The notes beneath the pieces are model-generated. The model had not been told where the DNA came from, ran no database searches, and was given only the letters and a program-made list of their open reading frames with translations. From positions 310,001 to 374,000 of the forward strand of contig JALMLS010000213.1 in the NCBI GenBank assembly GCA_038496445.1: 64,000 nt of DNA. The letters are read 5' to 3'. Of the stretch, positions 30,531 to 44,074 are shown piece by piece (the first letter of the stretch is position 1; each line of letters starts with the position of its first letter). Position numbers and translations under genes: made by a program. Source of the stretch: Trichosphaerium sp. ATCC 40318 (Eukaryota; Protista; Tubulinea).

Positions 30531-32845
30531 GATGATCGTAAAATTGCTTAGTGTCGCTTTTATATTGTATGCAGTATCACATGCGTTGAATATTTCAATA
30601 GAAGCGCCAACACAATCCCTAAACGAAGGAGATGCTATACAAATAACTGTACACCTTTCTAACATAACGACATCACAAAATATAACCGTTTGGCCCTTTG
30701 TAAACAACAAGCAATGGGGTTGTCAAGTGTTGTTAATGAAATCATCACAGTATACAGCTGTATCTTTACTACCGTTTCCAAACGCAGGTATGCCGGTTTT
30801 CCAATTTAATACCACGTGTTTTTACAGTCTTTTGTTCAAGGCATTGCAAAAGTGGTTTATGCTGTACTTGATGAGCCTCAATTGCCCTTTCCTGTCGGCA
30901 CGAGCTTAAGTGCTTCCAAACCCGTAATCACGTCAAACGTGCTAACGGCTGAGGTACGATTACGGACGGGGTCATGTCAATATTAACAATAAACAAACAG
31001 GTATCATCAAAAACATTTGGCAAGCAAACATCCTCTAATCACAGCGTGGGTATGGAATGGGAGTCTTGGTTTACATTGCACAATAACCGCTATGACACTG
31101 CAGAAGCATATCCTATAGTTGGGAGATACGACTCTTTCAATGTTGATGTAATAAAACAACATCTCATTTGGTTTTTGTTTGCTGGCGTAGACTTTTTGGT
31201 TGTAGATTGGACAAACAATTTGGCACGTGATTATTTACACTTGAAGGTCTTTAGCGAAATGATTAATTATTGTTTCCAGTGGGGAAAGCAACACTGGAAT
31301 GAGCGGGGACTGAATATACAAGAGCTTTGTAATGCAACTACGACCACCATTGAAGTCTATTCTGATGCTTTGAAAAGTACTATTTAATATTCAAGTTTTT
31401 TTTTTCACACTTTTCGGTAATTCCTACCTAGGTGGTAAGTTTGCCTCTGTACCTAAATTTGTACTACTCTTAGGATTAGATAACGGTCCTACAACTACAA
31501 GGTATTGAGGTTACGTTTGTGTTAACTAATAGTTCTGTAGCACTGCTATAAACGAAGAACTTGACTGGATGTACAACAATTATGTTAATAACAAAAGTAC
31601 TTATGCGCATGACTTTAAAAATCAAGTATTCTAACAACTAACCAAGGTATTTCTGATGACTTGTGGGTTGTCTATGATGATAAACCACTCGTTGTAATAT
31701 TTGACGGTGGCAACATACATGCCAAAATGTCTCCTCCAATTTCAGATGACAAATTCACAATAAGGTTAGTCAACAAATGTTAAACAGTGCAGGTGCCAAA
31801 CCTACCTTCTTTTACCCTTCTCTATTCTTTGTTTATTCTTAAAACTCCCTCACCTACATATACAGATACATGACATCTCAATTGCAGGGAAACCACTTCA
31901 ATGAAAAAGGCTTTTGGTCTTGGATGGACGGTGAGTTGGAAATCAAGACAATGTAGAACTTGACATGTGATCTAGGTACAATAGAGCCACTACCAACTTT
32001 CTACAGTGAAAAAGCTGAAGCTTTAACTACCACAGTCGCCTTTTTCGAGGGAGGAGGGTGGTTAAGTCCAAAAGCTAAGGGTAGGTTGAGCGGCTGGACG
32101 TTTTTAAAAGAGATGCAAACTGCTTTACACTACCAGTATGATTTCTAACTTTTACCATTATCCGTATACTTATAAGTACATTTAAAGACCTCTATTCATG
32201 CTTGTGAATCAGTGGAACGAGTATGCTGGCCAAAAGGAAGGACAAGGTAGCATCTTGAACTTGTTTCAAAAAAAACCAACCAAAAGTAATTTCTAAAATC
32301 ACTATTCCTTTTAGGCTATGGACCAAATCATGATGTTTATGTTGATTGCTACAATGTTGAACTTAGTAACGATATTGAACCGACAAGCCAAAGTGCATGT
32401 GCTTACCGTGGATGCGGCGGATGGGGATTCTACTACCTAAACTTATTACATGCACTTATCGAGTTTTACCATGCACCTACATCATCTGAAATCGCTGTAA
32501 TGGCAATGTCAAGTCCTAGACCTAACCAGAATATCAACACTACAAGCATACCAGTAGTCTGGACAAGCGTGGGTGAGAAAACTATTCAACAAAGTCTTTA
32601 ACTAACTTATTATATTTTTTGCAGGTTTTTCTGGATATTTTGATATTTATCTCAATGGTGTATTGAAAGGATCTACTACTAGAACAAGTCTTAATATTGA
32701 AGTTACAAAGAGGGATTCAGGCGTATCAGAAATAGTTCTTGAAGCACGAGGAAAGAAGACTCCTTATGCTTTGAGCAGCACAACAATGGACAAGTATGAC
32801 CTAGCACCATTGCAAGTTAAAAGAGATGTTTTAATAAACTTGTGA
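30531..32845 (+). CDS. Secreted glycoside hydrolase, GH99/GH71-like TIM barrel with flanking Ig-like segments
   Basis: Signal peptide; YPIVGRYDSFNVDVIKQHLIWFLFAGVDFLVVDW; DDKPLVVIF; LVNQWNEYAGQ; SNDIEPT; WGFYYL. Confidence 0.7.
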
Positions 32846-33290
32846 ATCTATTTCCTCAAATAAAAAGTCAAGTTGTAATGTCCTAACAACAGAATGGCGG
32901 CACAGATCTCGAAATCATAAAGTAAAGAAAATAATGAGAGTTCCCGTTACACATACACCAAAAAATAGTCAAGACGATCACAAAAGAGTATGTAGTATCT
33001 CAAATTTGATAATAAGTCAGCTACCTAGAGGGTTGCATAATTAGTATGAATTTGTTTTTTGCACGGATTTATAAACAATAGGTTGCTCCTTCAACAAACG
33101 TGACAATCTCAGTTGGCAAAGCACTTAAAAGGTAGGATTAAAGCTAATAACAGTCCAATAAATAAACTAAAAGTTACCCTCCATGGACTAATTTAAACCA
33201 AATACCGAATCAAATGTGTTTTGATCTCGTGGTCAACGCTGTTATCATTATTTATTAGACAACACGTGAGCACTGTAGAGATAAATAGCA

Positions 33291-36200
33291 ATGATTATTT
33301 TGCTCGCGTTGGTTGTGGCAGTGTTGATAGTGTTTTCTACTCTGTACAAGAACGTTAGACGGAGAATAGACAAACTACCACCAAGCCCAATTAGTCTTCC
33401 GATAATTGGTCATCTTCATCTCTGGGCAGATCCAAAGAGAATGGTGGAGTAAGTCCGTTAATTAATTAACCGCTTGTTAAAAGGCAATTAGCACTGCGAT
33501 GTACTATGAGAAAAAGCTTGGTGGTATTTACAGCATGGATTTCGGGCCAAAAACAGTAAGGAGACAATACATGTAGACTTTCGTTTAAACTGGGACATTT
33601 TTATTTGGGCTAAGAACTTTTGTAATGGGGACGATTTTTGTAAGCAGTTCACACCTCTCATATCAATGCTTTATCCTGTGTGAATGTACCTTTGGAATGA
33701 ATGGCTCTATTGTTAAGTTCTAAATGTGGAATAAATTATTTACTTTTTTACTTGTTTTTGGCGTTTTTTTTTACGACTTAACTAAAAAAGCGTCAACTGA
33801 GCTTCATTGCTCACAAACAAATTAATTAAGCCAGTATCAGTTATAAACGGTGCTTGAAAAGCAATACACGGGTTGTAGTCTAAAACAAGGATTATGGTAC
33901 CGAAACACCAACAAGTGTATACAACGTACCTTTAAACGACATTAATTGTGTTTAAAACGCTAAAAACGTTAGTTTGTGGTGTAAAGAATGAAGAAAAAGC
34001 GAGTTCCCAAAATTAACAATTACACAAGCTTTGACAAGCGTTTAAATTAGTGAAGTGTCACCTAACGCTATTTTCCATGTATTGAGATTAGTTTTACGCT
34101 TGTCGAGCATTGTGTAATTGATAAATTCCAATATTCTGTACTAATGGACCATTAAGCGATTTTTGGATTTAAATACCTCAAGAGCTAATTGACCATCCCA
34201 CACTTTTCATAGTGATAGTCAATATGTGTTATATTACACAGTGTAATTTATAGCAATAGTTGATGGAGTGTAGTGACACAGTTTCTTTAAACCTGTTTTT
34301 GGTAAGTATTGAAGTATCTCCATGTAAAAACTAAGTTTTGTCTCTAAAACTCGTATAGTGGTAAAACATAACTATAGAAAGCTTTGTGGCTATCTGACGA
34401 AATCAAGTACCCAAGCAAGAGTGAGTTTTTTTACATTTTCATATAGGTATTGTGTTCATCAACTTCTATGAAAAAGAAACCTCTGTATTTTGATACCTAA
34501 ATGATCAAATATGCTATAACCGTGTATAGGTAAACAATGATTTATTAAGCACCTGCTGCCAAAAGGAAAGATTTGCAAAAGGTATCTGTGGGTTAGAATG
34601 ATTGTTCAAAACAATGTCCAATTTCCAACAATTAGGTCTAGAGACAGATGATGATAGCTTTATGTGGGACACTGAAAGTGATAAAAAATGCCTTAAACGA
34701 AAGAATGTAATCCTTACTCAGTATGATGGAAAAGAATTACCTGCATAACATGGTGGTGATAGAGGAGAAGAATATGATCCCAGGCAGAAAAAACTCAGTT
34801 TTAGTTTCAATGAAATAGTTGATTGAAGCACACTATTAATTACCAGCAAGTTCTGGTTAATATAAATTATAGACACATATGCGCTCTGAAGTATACCGAA
34901 AAATTGGGCATAAATAACATTTTTGAGGTGAGCTAAAATTTTTTTGAAAGTGTGAACAGCTTACAAAAATCGTCCCTGAATACCTTACGCCCACATATAA
35001 CTACAAAGCAACTGCTAACTAAAAGAAAATTTGTACAAGAGCATAAAATATGAGTTTTCTTAGGCCTCGGCGATTTGGTCGGCAAGTGCAGAAAAAATAG
35101 CTAATTACGTCACCTATTCTTAGTGCACAAAAGGGTGAAAGTGATCGTAGGCGCCTAGAAACCTGAAATTTTTATGCTCTTGTCCAAAAAATGACCCTGT
35201 TTTAAATGAAAGCCAACATATTTTGATAACTATCCACGTGATCTTTACCTTTTTTTTTAAGCTCGTTTTTATATCGGATCAATCACTGGTCAAAGAAGCT
35301 TTAATCAAACACAGACAAGTTCTATCAGATAGACCTAAGGCTGACTTTTACGCCTTTCAAAGGATTTACAGAACTGATCCGAAAGGAGGTTTGAAAAACT
35401 AAAATCAAAAAAGCTATTTTTTAGTTGTTGCTAGTTAACTGTTTTGACCTACCGTTAGGCTGCTTTTTTTCTAATCTTAATAAGAACCATAACAGATATA
35501 GAATGTTATTTAATAGTGAACTGACATCAAATAGCGGGATGAAGGTAAGCGAGTACTTTACTTATTAGCTGCTTTAACATTTTGATCAAAAGGAGATAAA
35601 TAGAGTTTTGAACTCTGTAATCAAAGACGCTTTCGCAATGTTCAGTCAACATTATGAAGAACAAAAAGAAGTCACTGGAAGAGATGTATCATATGCATTT
35701 ACAGTCAATATGATAAGTTTATTACTACTTGATGTTAGATCATACAATAATACAGACAAAGATATTGCTGATATTTTTGGAGTTATTGAAAAATTCGTAG
35801 AAATAACAAGCGCTCCAGCCTTACGTGATGTATTTCCATTGCTCTCTTTTCTTGAAAACGATAGAGTACGATATGGTAGACACTTGGTTGTTTGATTAAT
35901 GTGTTTCTATAGGTAAAGGAACTAGAAAGTGCTGCAGCAAGAAGAGATTTCATCTTTGGAAAGCTAATTACAAAAGCACGTGCTTCGTACTCTCCGAACA
36001 AAACGAGACATTGGCTTGATGTATTATTAACAAAAATACCTGATATCACTGATGGAGAGCTTATCGGTTTTCTGAGCGAGCTTGTTGCTGCAGGTGTTGA
36101 TACAACATCAAATTCACTACAAACGTACCTAAATTTTGGTTTTCAGGTTGACCAGAATTTCTTTAAAAAAACAAGAGTGACATTCCCCGTTTTTCAGTTA

Positions 36201-37009
36201 GTCATTACTCACAACCCAAATCATTTTCATGCCTCATATTTTATATGACGGACACGAGAAGGAGCATTAAACTATTAGTACTTGTTACATTGTACTGAAT
36301 GCTCATGGTGATTAACAAATTCAAGCTAAAAATAATCTTTAATCTTGTCTATCGATATTCCGGCCAACTCCTCAATTTTTCATGTGGGTGTACTGAAATC
36401 ATTAGCGCATTTACAATGCTTGCAAAATGCCAAGAAATACAAGAAAAAATTAGAAGCATCATTGGGGATAAAGATGTAATGTCAATGTCTCTTAAGGTTA
36501 AGCTGTTTAGAAAGTTGTGTTAGATAAGTTCTAATTCTCAGATAGGATTTTCAAGAAATCACGTATCTCAAGTATTTTGTTCAAGAGCTTCTTCGTATCA
36601 AGCCGGTGGTTCCACTTCTCACACCACACAAAGCGAGGGAAAGTGTTCAACTTGGAGGATACACAGTACCAAAGGGAGTAAGTAATGCCAACTGCATACG
36701 TTTTAACAGTGACAGGCGGTCTTAATGTTCCTGCATCAATCAGAGTGTCACAGTGAAGTGTGGGATCAACCTTTCAACTTTGATCCAAGTAGATGGGAGA
36801 AACCTAAACAGAGAGTGTACCCATTCGGCCAAGGTTTGAGAAGATGCCCTGGAGAGCGAATAGCAATGACAGTTCTTTACAAAGTAATAGCTGCATCTGT
36901 TCAGAAATTCAAGTGGATAGAAACTGATACACCAAACTCGCTTAAACTGGACTCTGCAATCGTTCAAAGGTACTCAAAGGAGCCTGTGTTTAGATTTTAT
37001 GAAGTATAA
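33291..37009 (+). CDS. Cytochrome P450 (multi-exon; 1.7-kb second intron with transposon remnants)
   Basis: N-terminal anchor + PPSPISLPIIGHLH; AAGVDTT (I-helix); ELLR; FDPSRW; PFGQGLRRCPG heme motif. Confidence 0.93.
33607..34991 (+). mobile_element. Decayed PIF/Harbinger-like DNA transposon in the P450 intron
   Basis: Inverted repeats 33628-33654 and 34950-34976 match 26/27 (GGGACGATTTTTGTAAGC[A/T]GTTCACAC), with weaker outward extension (GGGC-TAAG / CTTACGCCC); internal broken frames IAIVDGV (about 34250) and SKTRIVVKHNYRKLCG (about 34340) resemble DDE_Tnp_4 motifs. Confidence 0.65.
35030..35205. mobile_element. MITE-like fold-back element
   Basis: TTTGTACAAGAGCATAAAA...TTTTCTTAGGC at 35030 is the imperfect reverse complement of GCCTAGAAA...TTTTATGCTCTTGTCCAAA at 35152-35188 (14-bp perfect core); no coding capacity. 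Confidence 0.6.
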
Positions 37010-37099
37010 CATCCATGATTGATGTTGATGCGAAGAATGGACGTTGTAGAATAGCTTGTTAAAATACATTGAAGAGTTGTTTGGTTCGAACAAAGCTAT

Positions 37100-39805
37100 T
37101 TTCGTAATCAAACTTCCTAAACTCATAATGTCTCCTTGTATTTTTTCAAGTGCTTGTTCTAAACAAATGTCACGTGCAACACTATTTTACAAAGTTCTCT
37201 CCAATTAAGATTCTGGTGTGGTGAAAGAAACGTTCCTAGTTTCAGTCTCAGTTTTAAGGAGTCGTTCTTGTCCTTTCACTAGATTCTGGCACGTTACAAT
37301 TGGTTTAACAAAGATAAAACCAGGACCATACGACATGCTCCTATATGAACACGTACACACTATTTCAGGAAGCCTGGTCTGGTGCATAGCCTATTAGCGC
37401 AAGTCATCCGGGTGATTTTTTATTTTTTATTTTACTCATATTTTCCCACCATACTTTACACGTGCTATAAACTCTTTATGTTTCTTCAGATATTTTATCC
37501 TCTTTTTAGAATCAGCTAGCTTGAAAGGTTCATCACTTTCTGTAAAAAGCTGTACAACACGTCTTCCTGCTTTCCTCTCCAATCGAATCTTAAAATCTGA
37601 TAAAGTTGATAAAGTTGTCATTGAAATGACAATCATTGAATTCTCAGAAACATCATGTGCTTGACAAACAAGTTTTGATATACCTATATAAATAAATATT
37701 AAAATCGACATGTAAATGTACTAAGATTTTTGCTTTACCCTTAATGTGAGAAGTCAATCCTTTTTGTTTTATTAATTGATTCACTGAAACGCCGCGAAAA
37801 TTCTTAAGCCCAGCATCTGCACCAGCGCGTAATAACCCATTAAAAAGCTTTCTTCTGCTCTTTTCTGCAGCATAGTGAAATGGTGTGTTTCCAGATGAAT
37901 CCCTTTCAGAGGACGTAAGTCTGTTTAACACAAACCAAAGAAAAAGTAAGTCTTACTTGTTGTTTGGATCAGCACCATGTGCTAATAGCAAGGTTGATTC
38001 GTCATAGTGTCCATTAATGACAGCCATATGAAGTGCTGTCATTTTTTTAGCACCAGCTACCTCAGTATCACATCCTTGCTTAAAAAAATACTAAGAAAAA
38101 ATAAAAATGATCAGTAATGGGATGTACCTCAAGAAGCCACGCAGCAACTTCCAAATGACCCTAACAATGTTAAATAAACACTTAAAGGAATCTTTACATA
38201 CATTTTGACAAGCTATGAGCAAAGGTGTTGCACCTGATTCCATAGGCGTTGATATTGTACCTGTAAGAGCCCTGATTAATTCAAACAAACCCATTGAATT
38301 AAATACAAATATCCGTACGCATAGCATGCTTATACTTTGCACTATCGTACACGCTCTGAAGTAGTGTTTTATTTAATAAAGTAAGAACAACTTGAACTCT
38401 ACCTAGAGACAACTGTAAACCGAATAGTTTGACTTGGTAGGCAAAACGAGGAAAAAAAAAGTTAATAAAAATCCTTACCAAACTCTGCTGCAACGTAAAG
38501 AGGAGTAGCTTCTTGGTTTGACTATTCAAATAAATCATTTACAAGTATTTCTAATGATTACTTACTTTGATAGTTACATCAGCCCCATTTCTTATTAGTA
38601 GCTTCGCAACATCATCAAACCCACCCCTGGTTGTAAGTAAATTTAAAGATCTTTTTAACTTTTTTTTTGTTGGTGTTCTAAAAGACAAAGAAGTGATCCT
38701 TACCTACTTGCCAGGTACAATGGTGTCACACCTGTAGATGTTTTTGCATTAATAGATGCACCTTTCTCTATTAACAACTCAACAATACGCCATAAGTCTA
38801 AACTTGCAGCCATATGTAAAGGAGTGAAACGGTTCTGTTTAAAGAGTTATTAAGTGACTAGTGATACGAATAGCATACCTTATCCACAACATTAACATCT
38901 ACACTAGGATGATCAACGAGTAGTTTTATAAAACTATAAGACTTCTTTGTCTTTATGGCATACGTCAAGGCGTACTCACCACTAATTTCTGGGTGAGAAC
39001 AGAAAACAGCAAAAAAAATGGGTTGTACTAACTTATCCAGAGCAATGTTAGGATCAGCTCCCCACGTCAATAGCAGTGTTGCAACACTAGAATGCTCGCC
39101 TTATAATTAAATTAGTACAAGTACTAATACGGTAGTGGAAAATAGATCACATCACGTCAGTACCTTTCACAGCAACAAAGAAAGCTGTAGCAGAATCGTT
39201 CGCTTTTAAGTCCAAGTCAGCGCCATTCTTGATCAAAACTTCACAAGCTGCGGTATTACCTTTTTAAAATACCAATTAGTAAGGTATACCACAGTGTGAT
39301 GGATAAAATCTAATCACCTCTTGCAGCTGTATATAGTAACGGAAAGTACAACCGATCTTCTTCTTGGTAATTGACATATGCATCTTTTTCTAATAACCAC
39401 TTTTTTATATCATCTGTTGAACCTTTCAGAGTTGCATCTAATAATCCCTTGTTCTCCCTTTGGCAATATAAGTGTTATATTAGATTCACTAAATGACATA
39501 CGATGTATGTAGATTCTCTCGACGTTCAATTTTTCTTCCAGACACATCACTAGATAATACATCTTTTTCAACAATTTTTGCTTGCTCAATAATCTTGCTA
39601 TCACTATCCATCTTTACTACAACTCTCTTTGCACCCTGGTTTGATCTAATCCAATGATAAAATAACCACGTGGTTTACTCGTATTCAAAGTCAAGACATA
39701 CTTGTTATAGCTAACGTAGTATCCACCCAAAACAGCCAAGAATACGAGAAATAGTACAAGTCTGTACTGATTTTTGTTAGATGACATTTGATGCACATGT
39801 GACAT
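37100..39805 (-). CDS. Ankyrin-repeat protein with N-terminal transmembrane anchor and a C-terminal ubiquitin-like segment (multi-exon; 3' end approximate)
   Basis: LVLFLVFLAVLGGYY TM; repeats FTPLHMAA, VTPLYLAS, ATPLLIAC, MTALHMAV, NTPFHYAA, GADPN. Confidence 0.85.
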
Positions 39806-39859
39806 ACGCGATAGAGCAAGTACGATATTGTTGCCACTGTGTAATTGAATGTGTCGATG

Positions 39860-40450
39860 GTACGCGCTAGTACTCCAGTTTTTTGAGCGATTTTTAGCTG
39901 AAGTGCTTTATCAATGCCAGCCTGGTTTTTTCAGTGAGTCACGCGTACGTATAGGAATTTCCAAGTCTTTACAACGCAGTTGTACATTACCTGTTTAGAA
40001 GGTGCGTTTTGTTTTCGCTTTTTAGCACGGTTTACCATCTTCCTGAGCGTGTACGAAGGGTGTGCACTATGTATGGATTGTCTTGACAGATGTTAGTAGT
40101 TGTTACGATAAATATTCGTAACACCTGCACACAGGGCATAGTATTGACACTTCTACGTGAGCAAGGAGGCATTCAGCTACTGGTGTCAAAAAAGAAATAC
40201 AACGCAAGTTTACCGCAGAAGGAGTGGCCACAATTAGTCTCAGCAGCCCCACAAAACAGCGACATACAAATTGGGCATACTAACTCGCTGTAAATGTCAT
40301 CAAGTGGTTCTTGACTCTTTTTGGCTCTAACTTTACTCGAACGCTTTGACATTGTATAACCAGCAACAGCGAGAAGAACAGCACTACAGGGCAAAAAAAC
40401 CAATAGCCAAAAAGTCAGCGTAAGTCGCTAATTTGATAGTCGCTCCAACA
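39860..40450 (-). CDS. Small C3HC4 RING-finger E3 ligase with hydrophobic N-terminal segment (ends approximate)
   Basis: CPICMSLFCGAAETNCGHSFC|ECLLAHVEVSILCPVCR assembled across short introns. Confidence 0.8.
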
Positions 40451-40565
40451 CTGCACAATGCGGTTACGTAAGATATATCAGTGCGCGCCAATGTCCTCGA
40501 GGGTATTTAATCACATTATACTTCTAAATACTCAATAACACACCATTAGAACCTCAAACAAGCAG

Positions 40566-41234
40566 ATGAGAGGTTTCCGCAGTTTTATACGCGTAAATTG
40601 CGACCTGTTTTTAAATTGAACTTAGCAATACACGGTTACGCACACAACCAATCAGACCCTACTGGAAGCAAATATTTTAAAAAACTTCGCTTTACAAGAG
40701 CCAACAGACTAGAAGCAGAGTACGCTTTATTATCTACGCCCCTACGCTAACTGTAGCATAGTATGGTGCATAAAACACCTCACATTGACTCACTTGATCC
40801 TTGGATTTCAAACTACAAAACTCTGCAAGATCGCTATTGGGACGAAAAACTTATATGGAAGATTGCAAGGTATCAATTTTGAGATGTAACGACAGAGTTT
40901 GAAAGAAAAAAAAAACAAACAAAAAATTTTTGATTTCTCATTTTCTTCGTGTAGAGGTAAGCCACCTACGCGTAAACACGAAGGTAAAAAGGCGCAACTC
41001 CGTAAAAAAGAAGCTGCACGTAAAGCCAAGAAAGCAGCAGAGGAAGGCATTGATATTACATCAAAACGTGTTGTCGACCCTTTGTCACGTCCTCCACCAG
41101 ACACAAGATCAAACAGACACTTGTCGCCTTCATACGATACTTCTGGCGTTGGTCTCAACAGGTACGGCATAGAGAAGACGGAATTCCTTGAGTTTATGCG
41201 CAAGTACATTGCTAACAGTTTTACTTTAGATTGA
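40566..41234 (+). CDS. MRPS33: Mitochondrial small-subunit ribosomal protein mS33 (RSM27-like)
   Basis: Four exons: MRGFRSFIR|AIHG...PTGSKYFKK...|...DPW..DRYWDEKL..IAR|GKPPTRKHEGKKA, matching the RGKxxPKKxEGKxA C-terminal signature. Confidence 0.6.
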
Positions 41235-41494
41235 GACCAAAGAGCGGTGTCAGAGCTTTCCCAATCCAAGAATAACTTGGCATCATGCGTATTAGCGCTC
41301 TCATATATGCTTTACTTCTTGGTTATGACACAGAAGACGTCTTCTTTTGAAAAATATTGTAAACATCGCGTTAGGTCGCTTTTTATAAGCGCAGACGCAC
41401 TAAAAATAAATGATAGACATTTAATAACAAGCAAGAATAGTCCCTTTTTTTTTGATGAGAGGTTTTTTCTCGTTTTTTTATTGCAATACTAGAG

Positions 41495-43956
41495 TTACAT
41501 AATTGAACAATCTTCCTTCTGTTTTTCAGTAGCAGAAACACTTGCTGGAGCTGCGAACATTTGTACAAACATTGGCTCAACACGTACAATACTTTTGAAC
41601 TCCTCCAAGGCAATACCATCGCCTAGAATAAATGTTAAAGGACAAAAGCTGATATTGTTTTTTTGGGGTTTTTTTGCGTACTTTTATCTAAGTCTAGTGT
41701 ACTGAAGACAGCGTCTATACGTTTTTGTTGATTTAAGGTATAAAACCTACCACGTGTCGCTTTTATCATATGAAGAATAACATTCTTGAATTCACTTCTT
41801 TCTAAGCTTCCATTCTTGTTTATATCGTACACATTAAAAACAACTATCGAAGAAATAGGGTTAAAAACAAACAAGTAACATAAGGGTAACAAAAAAGATT
41901 TTGTGTCATTGATAGCGTGAGTGAGAATAAAAAAAGAAAAACAAAATTGAAAAAAATAGAACATCAAAGTGATCAAGACTCAAGACTTACAAGTTAATCT
42001 AGAATCAAGAGAGCCTTTCCATAGAAGAGATAAACCTAGTACAGAATAAGAAGAAACTCGTAGTATTGTAATTGGAAAGGTACCTGATGATAACTCTTGG
42101 TATGTGACTTTACCATCCTTATCTGTATCAAATGTCTAAAATATTATTATTAAGAAATCTTGAATATATTTTTTGACGTACTTCAAAGAGACTCGTTAAT
42201 ACGCTTTTATGCTGGAAATGAGGTAATACTTTATCTACAATACCAGAGAACTTCTCTGGGGTTATGTATCCAGTCGTTTTGGCATCAACAGCAGCAGCTA
42301 AAAGTTATTTTTGTTAAGTTCAGCCAACACCAAGAAAAACGTGTTGGTACCATCTATCTTAACCTTGGCAAAGTTTTTGTACAATACTTCAAGTTCTTCT
42401 TTTGACACTATTGTATATTCTCAATTAGATAAAAAGGAAGCTTTAAAAGAATAACGCTCAAACGTACATGAGGTACTTTTACTCAAGTTGTAAATCTGGG
42501 TCTTTTTTACTAGTTCTTGTGATTGTTCAAGGATTGTAGTACGACTATAAGTATGTGCTTTTTTGTACTCTTTGTCACTTAAATCAGAACGCAACTTTGC
42601 GCATTGCTATAGATAAAAAACACGTGAAAAACGGTTACAAACTGGTAAATTCTGTGAAATTCAAAAACCTTTTGTGTAATACCTTTACAAAGACTTCAAT
42701 GTCATATAAATTAGCGTTTGCTTCACGTAGATGTATTGCAATCCCAGCAGCATCTCTTAGTTCCAGAACTTTTTCTATATGGCGAGAAAATTAATCAAAC
42801 AGTTAAGCGGCTTCTTAACAGCTCTACGAACCTTTACTATGTCCAACCATAGCTAAACATGCTATTATCAATGCATGTGAGTTATCCATGAATAGTTGGT
42901 CGAGTACTACAAGTGCAGTCTGTGTAGAGAGTAAGGAACTTGCGTTTTTTGTTTGAAAAAAAGTTTTAACGGACGGAGAACGGTAGGGCTGTTGTCGTTG
43001 CGCAGAGAAGCCAAGGTATTGTTAATACGGATAGAGCAACATTCTGTTTGATCAAGTGATCATGTACATCTTTCATGTGGGTCTTTAGGAAATGTTCTAA
43101 AGTTTGTTGCTCGACTTGTGCTCCAAATAAGTTCGACAAGTAGAAATCTGACAAAATATTCTCCACCATTGACTTGAAACACCAAAAAGAAAGCTCTTCG
43201 TCTTCAAGAACCAAAATCAATGATGTTGCAACAAAATTCATCGATTGAGCGTAACCTAAAAGCGTAGATAGATTAACAAATTGCAAACCAAAAAAAAAAA
43301 AGTTCTAAAATAAAATTGTACCAATGTTAGGACGGTGAAGTGCAAACGCCTTCAAAACATTCCGGAGTTTCGATGCAACTTCCTCTGTAAATCCCTTAGA
43401 CTCTAAAGCAAACATTAGCTCAAACATTAGCTCAAACTACAAATACAACACGTGCTAAAAAAGATACATAAAAAAAACAGTATCACGTGCCTGGAAACGT
43501 GCGAGGAATGTCCTTTTCAATTTGGTCATCAACCTGTGGGTCTAGTTTGCTCTGAGATTCTACAAGTTTAGAGTAGAACGCCATTGAAAAATCTTGTTTT
43601 AGCTCGCTCACACGCAATAAGATCGGCCATACCTACGCCGTGTTAGTGTTCCAACAACGTTTTTGTATTATTTTGATAAAACGGTTGTGTACCGCTTTTC
43701 TGTACTGGTGAGGTACTCCACCCTGGCGAATAAGCTGTGTGGCTTCTTTTATTTTATTCTTGTCTTGAAGGAATGCTTCAGGCGTTAAATTACCATTTTC
43801 TAGTAGAGCTTCCCATGTGCTGTCGAATTGAAGGCTAAACGTTTTGCTGTGGGCGTTAGTTTGCGTTCGAACTACATAGATGTACCTGCGTTCATACGCT
43901 GGGATATTCTCAGCGCGTAACACCCATCCGAAAGCATCTCTTGTCTCTGTGGTCAT
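41495..43956 (-). CDS. TBC-domain Rab GAP with EF-hands and C-terminal CaaX (CSIM)
   Basis: DAFGW; GVPHQYRKA; QIEKDIPRTFP; IGYAQSMNF; EF-hands DTDKDGKV, DINKNGSLERSE and DLDKSDGIALEE; ends EDCSIM*. Confidence 0.9.
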
Positions 43957-44074
43957 TTTGTGAGACTTACAAATGTCAAAAACAGTAAAACAGCACAAAA
44001 GTAGTAAATACGACAACACACTTGGTTATACAGTTGTGATCGAATTACTGTTCAAGTAACAGGTGTTTTTAATT

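Noticed and set aside
43409-43436. 12-bp tandem duplication CAAACATTAGCT in an intron
   Set aside because: Simple slippage duplication of the branch-point region with no further structure.
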